Part shown: in pieces, positions 13,791 to 24,199 of the stretch
Layout: every line of letters starts with the position of its first letter
Numbering within the stretch: the stretch's first letter is position 1
DNA from: the human T2T-CHM13v2.0 reference genome, Homo sapiens
DNA length: 64,000 bases
Direction: 5' to 3' (one strand)
NCBI RefSeq assembly: GCF_009914755.1
Contig: NC_060934.1
The notes under the pieces: model-generated
Told to the model about the DNA's origin: nothing
Seen by the model: the letters and a program-made list of their open reading frames with translations, nothing else
Database searches by the model: none
Translations under genes and position numbers: made by a program

Positions 13791-15469
13791 ATTTGACAGA
13801 AATGTAAAACTATTAATAGTATTGTTATTGTTCCACCTATAGAATCTGATTATAAGATTATCTCTAAAATACTTTCAGGTAACTTGTACTTAATGTTAGG
13901 AGGAAGTGACTATATTATAAATATAATTTAGAAAACATCGTTCCTTAAAAAATAATTTTTGAATTGTGCTAATTCTTGTTATTGTTTGACTTCATTAACT
14001 AATATAGGGAGTATAGGGAGAACTTAGTTTTAAAAGATAATTTGACTTCCTGATTTATACATAAAACACATAAGTAATTTTGGACATATATGATGTGTAT
14101 ATATATATATATATAGTGCAGGTCATCTTGTTTACACCACTTATTAATGAATATCAGATTTGGAAGGTGACTCTTTAGGATTTTCCTATTGGTTGATTGA
14201 TTGAAACTTACATGAAGAATTTAACCCTTTTGTTTCAAATAGCTTTCTATTAAGAAACACTTTTTTCATGATTATTCAGAGAATTTATTGCTGGATCATT
14301 GGCTCTAGAGATAGACTGCTGGTTAAATTAAAAGATGCCGGAGGAAACATTTTGGAAACAGACTTCACAGAATTCCTTATGAACTTCTGTACTTTCTTAA
14401 CCAATCTTATTTCTTTCATGTACCTATGGCTGTTACTAGCCTGTTGTATCAGGGATACCATAGTCAACTACCTATACGGGCCTTAACTATAAAGAATTAG
14501 GCCATTTAGGGAAATAATAATGAGACTGGGGCTTTAGAGAATTTGTGCTCATCTAACTGAGTAGAGGGACAGCTAATATTCTGCTCCATCTGATGGTGAT
14601 CATGGGAGTATTCAGGCTGATTGTTACCCAATATTTCAGTTTTTCCAAAGGATCCTAAAATACAGATTTTTATGTAAATTAGTTGGTAATTAATTTAGGT
14701 GTTTTTAAGATACTCTGTGACAATAACTCTACAGGGCAAAATCGACCTGTTAAATATATTTGGCCCATAGGCTGTTGTTTTATAGCCTTGACCATATAGA
14801 AATCTTCAATATCTATTTAAAAGTAAGAGGTCAAAAGTATTTCTAGGAAAAGTGAATGCCAAAAGAAGGGAGGAAGGGAAGGCATAAATGAGATACTTTT
14901 TAAAAGAAGTACAAAACTAGTTATCTAGGTTATATTTTTAAACTAAGTTCAAAAAGAAATTCACTGTCCTGAGAATAATTTTCATATGCTTCAGAACATA
15001 CTTCTAGCAACTTCAGCCATCTGCGTGTGTATAACTGGGAACTCAGAGTAGGATGAGAATGCACAGGGCGTAGAGAACCAATGAACTGTAGATGAGAGTG
15101 TAGTGGTTCTCTGAAACTGTTGTGAGCAGAGTACAGCAGGAACAAGAGACAGTTGATATTGGAGCAAAATCAGGCTATAAGAACATAGCGATCTGAGTAC
15201 ATCATGGGCCCCTGAAAGCATTACTAGACTAAAAGCATAATTTTTTATACTGATGATCAAGAAGAGGTCATATTGGTACACTAAGATTGAATAACTCTGC
15301 TCCCAATAGCACATGTAATACACAATCACTGTAGGAAATCAGGAAAATATACAAAAAGTAGCATATGGTTTTTTTTTAAAGCTAGGAATGGGTAAAATTC
15401 TAAAGTTTTCTAAAAGTAATGAAAATAGAACTTGGCAATTGTTAGTTTCCTAATAGCTAATTAGTTTCC

Positions 15470-16010
15470 AAATTAGTCTAATTTGGCTTAAATAAAAAGA
15501 ATATTGGTTAGCTCACATAAGAAAATACATATATTAGGATTAGTTACGCCAGTGGCTCAGTGATTTTTTTCAAGGACTCAGTTTGTCGTCTACTCTACTC
15601 TTTATCCATAATATTTCCTTTATCCCAACACTGTAGTTGCCAAATGGCTGCTGGCTGCAATCAGGATTGTGTGTTTCCTCCTTCAGATCCAAAGAGAGAA
15701 ATAAACTTCTCTTGGCGTTCTCATGGGCAATATAGGTTCTTTTCTCTGAGAAGTCCTTATGCACTCCTGCCCCCAACTTGCTCCTTATTGTCCTAAATTA
15801 GCTTAATTCTAAATATGCCTTAACTAATCGTTGGCAAAAGGGATGAGCTTACCATAATGGATTAGATTAATTGTGGTCTACCCTTGCAGCTCAGGACAGT
15901 CAGCTTACCCTGAGGCGCATTGACCACTGGGAGAGATGTGGATATAGAAATCCAATCATGGATCATTAGGAAGAAGGAAGCGTTGGATAGGCTCTCAGCA
16001 TGGTCCACCA
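15470..16010 (-). mobile_element. Old MLT1-like LTR remnant
   Basis: Contains ggcttaaataaaaagaatattggttagctcacataag and caaatggctgc motifs typical of old MLT1 LTRs. Confidence 0.5.
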
Positions 16011-17959
16011 CAGTTGCATTAAGGATTGTGTATTACGTTTTTTACTTATGTGAAACACCACCTTCCCCCATCAAGCCTGTAAGTATGAAGTCGAGTCCCT
16101 AGTGAATCTACTCTCTGACTCCTGTGTTTCAAGCACCCTCATTAGCAGAGCTTATATAGTTCGGAGTTGAAGAATTTTTTTTTCCCAAAAATTCTCTTCT
16201 CATTTAATAGACACCTGTCTGTAGAGTAAACTATGCAGGCCATAAATGGAACAAAGATAGTTTAGGAAAATACAGTTTCTTAAATAAATTACTTTTAAAA
16301 AGTATATTTTCTCTCAGCTCTTCTCTCCAAAGGAGTTTTGTATCATAACCTCTGTAGTAAATAGTGTCATCTTTATTGTCTGATTATAAAGGTGAAGTAT
16401 AATTTATGGGATAATTTACAAAGCAAAAAAGAAATACTTATTTTTAAAGTTTAAAAATTTTCTGTGTAGAAAATACTATAATAATGCATGATTTTAAGAA
16501 TCTGTTATTTTGGCTAAAATATTTAACCAGCCAACCATATATCTTATTTCTTTCAGTTGCTAGATTTCTGAATGTTAGCCAAATATTTTAGTATCTGGGT
16601 CACATAGTCATTACAAACAAATGTAGGCCAAAATGGTTTATGCTTCTCAGTTGCCAGCTCAGTTCTCTCTTTGACTTTTTATTATTTGTTTCTCTTTGAA
16701 CTAAACTTTATTTACTTATATTAGCACAGTACTGTGTTAATTCTTTGTGTAGAACTGGTCTTCTTGTGTCGTTTTGCCCCAAATCAAGGTAACAAACAAA
16801 TAAATGACTGTGCTCTTGGCTGTTATTTAGAATTGTTACTATACAAAAGGTCACACATGTTAAATTACCTACTGCAGTGCTAATTATTGTGAAACCTTGT
16901 TCAAAATGCTAGAGAGACTGTGTTTTGGCACTTCTGCTGTAACAGTTTTTAAAGATCCAACCTGTATGCATTTTGGTATTGAAATCCTCAAAACTCCTAA
17001 AGACCCTATGTTAATTTAAAATGCAAAGTTGTCTCACCTTTTTATACTAGATGAGATAGCATTTTTCTTAAAGTAAAATGAGAACTCTTATGTGTTATGA
17101 TATAGAGGTAAGGGCAGGGAAAGAGAGGGAAAGAAGAAAGGAGTACATTGGAGTAACAAAAATTCCACCTTCATTTATAAAGTGCTATAGGCTCTAAAAC
17201 TCCATTCTGAAATACTCTTTTAACTTTGAAAGGGGTATGTTTACTGCCAGCTTCTGTTAACACAGGAACCATGGTTTTTCTGTTCTTAAAATTAAGAACC
17301 TTATACCTTTTGGAATTTTTAATATTTTTCTCTATGTTTGTAATGCTTTTAATTATGTTTATTACTAACTGATGTTATTAACTATATTTATAATTTGTAC
17401 ACTCTATTCTGTTTGGAAAGTACAAAATGATACCATAGATACTTCCTGAATTTTTTTAGAAAAATCAAAATTTTATTCATCTTTATTCATAGCATCATTG
17501 GACATTCAGTTAGTAAATTTTCCAGATAACAAACACCTATCTTCTTTGATTGCTAGAATAGTTAATCTCAACCCCTCTTGTTATAAAATATAGTGACTGT
17601 GGATTGTTGATGAAAATTTCTTAAGACAGTGTATTCAGGAAGACACTGCCTCAGGGCTACTGAGGTATGTCATAGGGCCATTTGTCCTTTCAAAAATAAT
17701 TCTCAGTAGCTATTGTTGCTTTGCATTTGTATAAAGTGTCTGTTTTTTCAAAGCTTGATATTAATTCTGATAGCTACTAGTGTACAGAGAAGGGTGTCTG
17801 TGAATAAAGTAAGAGAAAGAATGTTCATAATAGATTTGAAGAGCACTTCAATGAGTAAAGTACTTGGACTTTACAATGTTTGCTTTTACTTCACTAAGTC
17901 CTGCCCTGTGCCCCTGCTCCTGCCCCTTTATGCCATAGTCTCTTTTTTAACATGGTACT

Positions 17960-18180
17960 TGGCAGTGTTCCAGGTAGTTATTGTAAGAAGGATGAGCTTA
18001 GACTTGGAGCTAGACAAACATGATGGGAATTAAAACAGGATAATTTAATAGCTGTGAGACCTTAAGCAAGTTCACAACTGCAAAATGGGTTTGTATATAC
18101 TATCTCTCACGGTTGTAAGGATTAAATATAATGGATATAGTTTAGGAGGTATTTTAACAAATGCTAGTTCCTTTCCTTAT
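17960..18180 (-). mobile_element. MIR
   Basis: MIR core motifs agctgtgagaccttaagcaagtt, ctgcaaaatggg and ggttgtaaggattaaat. Confidence 0.65.
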
Positions 18181-18639
18181 ACTTTAAGATAAATGACCCA
18201 CTTACTTTGGAAATGGTATTTGCCTATTTTAGTATGATGCTATAAGGTTTAAAGGGTCAGTATCCCTAAAATATGACAGCTGTTAAGATCTCTTTAATTA
18301 TTCAGAAATGAATGGTATGTGACAAGATATTATTGGTTAATTCAGTGGATCAGATGAATAAAATGTGCTGAAATATTTTGGAGACTGAAAATATAAATTT
18401 AGATGCAAGAAATATATTTTAAATAAACATGGAAAACAGTTTTTTTATCCGAGTCTAATCACGTTGAAATATTTTATGAATATCCCCAGAGAGTTCGTAA
18501 ATTAGTGAGTGATTTTTTTAAATGCAAAGGTAAATACCTAGAAATCATATATACACTTAAAGTAAAATCTCACAGAGTTCTCAAGGCCATTTTGCATTTA
18601 CTAGTGCCACAGTAGTGGCGTTACAGTGAGCTGCAGTAA

Positions 18640-19164
<525 letters not shown>

Positions 19165-20488
19165 TTTTTTTAAATTAAAAAGTAAACTTTAATGTCGAAA
19201 ATGCAAACCTGGGGAGGGCAGAAAGATCACACACAAGGCTGTCACTTCACACTTGGAAGGTTGCACAGCAGCCAGGCAGAGACCCTCCTCACTTCCCAGA
19301 TGGTGAGGGGGCCGGGTGGGGGCACTCCTCACTTCCCAGACGGTGCAGGGGCTGGGCAGAGGCACTCCTCCCTTACAAATGGTGAGGGGGCTGGGCAGAG
19401 GTGCTCCTCACTTTCCAGACAGGGCGGCGGCTGGGCAGGGGCGCTCCTCACTTCCCAGATGGGACGGTGGCCGGGCAGAGGCGCTCCTCATTTCCCAGAC
19501 GGTGAGGAGGCCAGGCAGAGGCACTCCTCACTTCACAGACAGGACGGCAGCAGGGCAGAGGCGCTCCTCATTTCCCAGACGGTGAGGAGGCCGGGCAGAG
19601 GCACTCCTCGCTTCGCAGACGGGACGGCGGCAAGGCAGGGGCACTCCTCATTTCCCAGACGGTGAGGAGGCCGGGCAGAGGCACTCCTCGCTTCGCAGAC
19701 GGGACGGCGGCAGGGCAGAGGCGCTCCTCATTTCCCAGACGGTGAGGAGGCTGGGCAGAGGCACTCCTCGCTTCGCAGACGGGGCGGCGGCGGGGCAGAG
19801 GCGCTCCTCATTTCCCACACGGTGAGGAGGCCGGGCAGGGGCACTCCTTACTTCGCAGACAGGACGGCGGCGGGGCAGAGGCGCTCCTTGTTTCCCAGAT
19901 GGGGCGGCGGCTGGGCAGAGGCGCTTCTCACTTCCCATACTGTGAGGCAGCTGGGCAGAGGTGCTCCTCACTTCCCAGATGGGGTGGAGGCCAGGCAGAG
20001 GCGGCGCTCCTCCTCAATTCCCAGATAGTGGGCGGCTGGGCAGAGGCGCGCCTCACTTCCCGGACGGGGCGGTGGCCGAGCAGAGGCGCTCCTCACTTCC
20101 CAGAGTGTAGGGGGGCCGGGCAGAGGCACTCCTCGCTTCCCAGAGTGTAGGGGGGCCGGGCAGAGGCACTCCTCGCTTCGCAGACGGGACGGTGGCTGGG
20201 CAGAGGCGCTCCTCACTTCCCAGACAGGGCGGCGGCCTGGCGGAGGCACTCCTCACTGCCCAGACGGGGCAGGGCCTGGGCAGAGGCGCTCCTCACTTCC
20301 CAGACTGTGAGGCTGCTGGGCAGAGGCTCTTGTCGCTTCCCAGACAGGGCGGGGGCCGGGCAGAGGCGCTCCTCACTGCCCAGATGGTGCGGTGGCCGGG
20401 CACAGGCGCTCCTCACTTCCCAGATGGTGGAGCAGCAGGGCAGAGGCGCTCCTCACTTCCCAGATGGTGCAGGCAGAGATGCTCCTCA
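19165..20488 (-). mobile_element. SVA2 element (GC-rich ~40-bp VNTR + unique 3' sequence + short polyA)
   Basis: About 30 units like gggcagaggcgctcctcacttcccagacgg. Unique end matches the SVA2-type sequence (minus strand: gctgtgcaaccttccaagtgtgaagtgacagccttgtgtgtgatctttctgccc...cattaaagtttactttt). T-run at 19165-19171. No CCCTCT hexamer and no SINE-R. Confidence 0.85.
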
Positions 20489-20571
20489 GGTCTCAATCTC
20501 TTGATCTCCTGATCCGCCCGCCTGGGCCTCCCAAAGTGCTGGATTACAGGCATGAGCCACCACGCCTGCCC
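20489..20571 (-). mobile_element. AluSc-like element, 5' part (continuation after the SVA2 insertion)
   Basis: ggtctcaatctcttgatctcctgatccgccc...ccaaagtgctggattacaggcatgagccaccacgcctgccc resumes where 18960-19164 broke off. Confidence 0.9.
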
Positions 20572-21794
20572 TGCCGTGTCTTCTTTCTCCTCCTAAGCAA
20601 CTGTCTTAGTCTCCTGAATTTTGATATTCTACTTAACACTCTCATGTTCTTACGCATGTTGCCATGCTGGAGGCGTCCTTCTCTTTGGGAAGCCTGACCC
20701 ACCAACAGTGCCTCAGGAGATAGACATGGAAGCTTTGCCGGTGGGGGCCGCTCGTCTCTATCACACCTCAGTTGCAGGGGAGGGGTCGGTTGCAGCTGCA
20801 GCGGTGGCCCCGACAGTTTTCTTTTGTGGGACCTGTGGCCGGCAGCTCTGGGTGGAGAAGACCTACTTGATCCAAGAGCTGCAGGATCCTTGGGCTGCAT
20901 GTCCTCCCCCACCATCAGCAAGCCTGGAGAGCTGGGCAGGTGGTCTTCACCCAGCACCTTCAAGGCCGCCTTCTCTGGCCACAGGGAGCAGCCCGGAACT
21001 GGGGCAGGGAGCACTGTTGGAAGTGGGTCAGGCTTCCCAAAGGGAAGGATGCCTCCAGCAGGGCTGTGTGAACTGGCGACTCCATGGCCCTTGGAGTAGA
21101 AACTCACTGCATGCACCTGGGCCTTGTCAGTCTGATTCTTTTCTGTCAAGCTCTTGAGGTGGACATTTCCCTCCAAGGGCCTGGGATTGTACCAGGAAGA
21201 AGTGAGGTTTCCCTGAGTCTCCAGGGGCCTAGAGGTGGAGGCTGCTTCCCCATTGCTACAGGGGCCCCTTTTATTGTCCTCCTGCCCCTGGGTCTCTACC
21301 TGGTCTTTCACCTCTGTTGCTTCTTTGGGCTCTTCTGCGCTCACCTCCGTCTTCGGGAGCCTGGCTGGGATCACCTGATCATCTAATGAAGGAAGTTGAA
21401 GGTTAAACTTGCCTCTGAGACAAGGGATCCTTACGGGGCTGAGGTGTCCAAACATTATGGAGTTGTGAGGAGACAGCACGGGTTTCTTCCTTGAGGGGGG
21501 GCTCCAGACCACAGGACGCAGGACCCTCTGTGGGGTGCCCGTGTTCCGAGGGATAAGACACAGCCTCATAGGGGCGCCGTCCCACCTGACTGGAAAAGAA
21601 GGCCCAAGATGTCGCTGACGGTTGAAGAGGAGTGGGAAACGGCCCACAATTCCCCGGGCAGGCACAGGTGCAGGAGCTGCAGGGTGAGCCCGGCCAGCTG
21701 GGAAGGCCTCACGGACAAGACGAGCAGGTTGCCGATGGCATGGCCAGGACCTGCGGCAGAACCAGGAACAAAATACGCTTAGCGAGTTGCCCAT
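20544..21794 (-). CDS. Intact intronless 416-aa NPAP1/POM121-related ORF (UPF0607 family)
   Basis: Begins MGNSLSVFCSW. Motifs shared with NPAP1 as I recall it: GRAH, FGHxSxVRIP, GEAxSTSR, PLEGNV, GKPDP, KRKxS, DRxExPPPAKLPCLS. First ATG at 21794 (the track start at 21812 is GTG); the stop TAA lies inside the Alu. Confidence 0.75.
   Translation of the reverse strand: MGNSLSVFCSWFCRRSWPCHRQPARLVREAFPAGRAHPAAPAPVPARGIVGRFPLLFNRQRHLGPSFPVRWDGAPMRLCLIPRNTGTPQRVLRPVVWSPPSRKKPVLSPHNSIMFGHLSPVRIPCLRGKFNLQLPSLDDQVIPARLPKTEVSAEEPKEATEVKDQVETQGQEDNKRGPCSNGEAASTSRPLETQGNLTSSWYNPRPLEGNVHLKSLTEKNQTDKAQVHAVSFYSKGHGVASSHSPAGGILPFGKPDPLPTVLPAPVPGCSLWPEKAALKVLGEDHLPSSPGLLMVGEDMQPKDPAALGSSRSSPPRAAGHRSHKRKLSGPPLQLQPTPPLQLRCDRDERPPPAKLPCLSPEALLVGQASQREGRLQHGNMRKNMRVLSRISKFRRLRQLLRRRKKTRQGRRGGSCL
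20661..21064. repeat. Inverted repeat inside the NPAP1-like ORF (arms 20661-20711 and 21011-21064)
   Basis: gccatgctggaggcgtccttctctttgggaagcctgaccca---ccaacagtgc vs reverse complement gccctgctggaggcatccttccctttgggaagcctgacccacttccaacagtgc: 3 mismatches plus a 3-nt gap. Confidence 0.92.
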
Positions 21795-21901
21795 TTTGAG
21801 TGAGTTGTGCACAGACGAAACTAAGGGTCAGAAGCGGAGAGGATACTCCTAAGTCACCCACTTCTCTGTGGCTGGGTGCACACTGGGCATCTGGGAGTTT
21901 A

Positions 21902-21909
21902 TGACATCA
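21902..21909 (-). promoter_or_regulatory. CRE-like element ~110 bp upstream of the NPAP1-like ATG
   Basis: TGACATCA (one mismatch to TGACGTCA) within a GC-rich upstream region. Confidence 0.35.
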
Positions 21910-22424
21910 CTATGGGGCTGGTGACAGAGCCAGTGTGTGGAGGAGTGCTTAGGAGCCCAGCGAGGGTGCCTACAAGAGGAGTCAAAGGGCAAAGGGTGAG
22001 ACCCTTCCACCGGTCCAGCTGGACTCTAGCCTCAGGGATATCCTGCTCCTGGGGGCAAGTGTGTGGCCCTGGATGGGCCCCCCTGTGGGGCTGTTGGGGG
22101 TGCGAGGCTGATCCGCCAGAGCCCTTCCACCTGGCGCCTGGCCCAGGTGCTGGCTAGCACCCAGTGGCCCTGTTTTGGCCGGCCCTGTCCCCCAGGTTAC
22201 AGGGCCAGAACCTGGAAGCAGAGCGCAGGACCAGCCAGATCGCGCCAGGCTTCCCCGGGGCCTCTCCAGTGCCTCTGTGCCACCTGGAGCCAGGCCCGCC
22301 TTCTCCATGGCTGCCGTGGCCTCAAGGGCCACCAGCCTTGCTCCGCAGGTTTCCAAAGAGAGGACGCAGTGCCCTGACCTGACTGGATGCACCTCTTACC
22401 ACATGCCTCCCTGGCAGGCAGGGT

Positions 22425-22530
22425 CTCCACTTTTTACAAATTTGCCTGAGACCATTCCTCAGGTCATTCAGGTGGTCATGGCCCAGCCAGGCTTTGAACC
22501 CAGGCTGTGCGATTCCACAGCTGGCGCTCT
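22425..22530 (+). mobile_element. MIR fragment carried inside the retrocopy
   Basis: caggtcattcaggtggtcatggcccagccaggctttgaacccaggctgtgcgattcc resembles the MIR core and 3' part. Confidence 0.55.
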
Positions 22531-23188
22531 GGCCTGTGTGCCTCATGATCATGGATACAGCATCTATTCTTATTTTTTCATGTAGTCCTGGGGTACTTAG
22601 CACCGTGGCATATCTGTAATAAGCACATGCACACCTCGAAGGAGGTCTTCACTTCAACATACGAGTTGACCATGGCATGCTCTGGGCTCCAGTCCTCTAC
22701 AAAGACGTAGGGCAGGAACTACCAGTTGTCAGCACAGCACCATCCCACATTGCTCTTCTAATGGAGCCTTTCACCCCAGATGTTCTTTCTCGTCTGATGG
22801 GAAGGATCCAAGTATGTAAAGATTATGTTATAGATCAGCTTTGGTCTGTCCTAAAAGAAATTTGCCAGTGGATTATTCCATATGGATAAAAGTCAGTTTC
22901 TCTGGTCTTCCTGGAATGTGTCTAGAAAGCAAATAGATTATTTACAAGTTCATAGTAGATCAATGTATTGGATTAAAATATGACAAACATAATTTGGTCA
23001 TTGTGAGCATGCCAGCTTGGTCAACTATTCACCACACATGATGCCCTAAATATAACTCTAGGTTTTCTTATGCCCAAGAGAGGGACATACTCTTGGGTGT
23101 CTGGACTAGGGAAACATGTATGAAAAACCATTTGGCCACTCTACATCTTGTTATTGGAGAATTGAAACCATCTATATTCAAAGATATT

Positions 23189-23218
23189 ATTAAAAGGCAA
23201 GAAGTTAAAAAATAAAAA
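23189..23218 (+). terminator. PolyA signal (ATTAAA) and A-tail of the retrocopied transcript
   Basis: ATTAAA at 23189-23194; the A-rich tail starts at 23207 and runs into the 3' TSD. Confidence 0.85.
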
Positions 23219-23235
23219 AATAAATTGCATGTCTG
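23219..23235 (+). repeat. 3' target-site duplication of the composite retrocopy
   Basis: aataaattgcatgtctg, identical to 18667-18683. Confidence 0.95.
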
Positions 23236-24056
23236 TTGTTATGGAATTTTATAACTGTACATACCTTTTATTTAATCCATTCACAGGTCATATTATAGGA
23301 TATCTTTCATTTAATAAGTATACTAAATCCATACCTTATACTGTTGAGTTTTGATAGTACCAGAGGGAAAAAAGAAGAAAAGCATGGCCTCTATCTTTAA
23401 GGAGCTATTTAACAGTCATATGAATCACTCGATTGAGAAGATCCATATGTGTAATATAATGAATTCCACAAAAATTGCTTATTAAAATTTTTTGAAAAAG
23501 TAGGGGTGAGATTGAATATAGCAAAGCTTTATTGTTGATTTTTGTTGTTGGCCAGGCCAAATTTGTGAACATTTTACATGATCAGCTATATCGAAATACA
23601 TTTGTATGCTCTACTGAATATAGGGAACATAATTTAATATTTAATTTAAACTCCAGGTTACCATCATTTACAGGCATTCTGTGCATTAAACCGTTTTGCC
23701 TCTTCTTTCTTCCTCAGTAACACGTTTAGGGCCTTTTGATGCATTGGAAAGAAAAGGCAGTTGCGAGCTGCTGGCTCTAGCAAATCAGAGCTAATCAACC
23801 TGAGAATAATGTTTGCACTTTCCCGCTTTCAAGTCTTTGCTCAAACTGCTCTCTACCTTTGCTCCCACAGGTTAGTCCTTTCCCCCAATCTAAAATCTCT
23901 CTGACTAGCCCTGAACTTACTTTTTATAGCTCTCACTGTCTACCATCTCCTTCATCTTGAATATACCAGGACAGACTGGGAAGTTCCAGAAAAAAACAGA
24001 CATAATACTTAAATCATCTTTGATACCTAATTTGTCCTCACTGCCAATTAATTAAT

Positions 24057-24199
24057 TTTGTTTTGTTTTATTTAATTTTGTAAAGACAGGGTCTTGCTGT
24101 GTCACGCAGGCTCCTCTCAAACTCCTGGACTCAAGTGATCCTCCCACCTCAGCCTCTCAAAGTGCTAGGATTAGAAGCCGTGAGCCACTGCGCCTGGCC
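24057..24199 (-). mobile_element. FLAM_C-like Alu monomer
   Basis: Antisense left monomer with a T-rich tail. Confidence 0.8.

Noticed and set aside
19270-20488. CRISPR-like array or canonical SVA_A-F
   Set aside because: Units are head-to-tail without unique spacers, in a primate context. No CCCTCT hexamer and no SINE-R, so it is not a canonical SVA.
19192-20512. Many overlapping ORFs on both strands
   Set aside because: Artefacts of a GC-rich, stop-poor 40-bp VNTR; the peptides are repetitive and resemble no protein family.
21795-21812. MHNSLK extension of the 422-aa ORF
   Set aside because: Starts at GTG; the first ATG (MGNSLS) at 21794 matches the NPAP1-like start.
20621-22889. + strand and short ORFs overlapping or upstream of the NPAP1-like ORF
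   Set aside because: Shadow frames of GC-rich sequence. The GKPDP match in the 178-aa ORF is explained by the inverted repeat.
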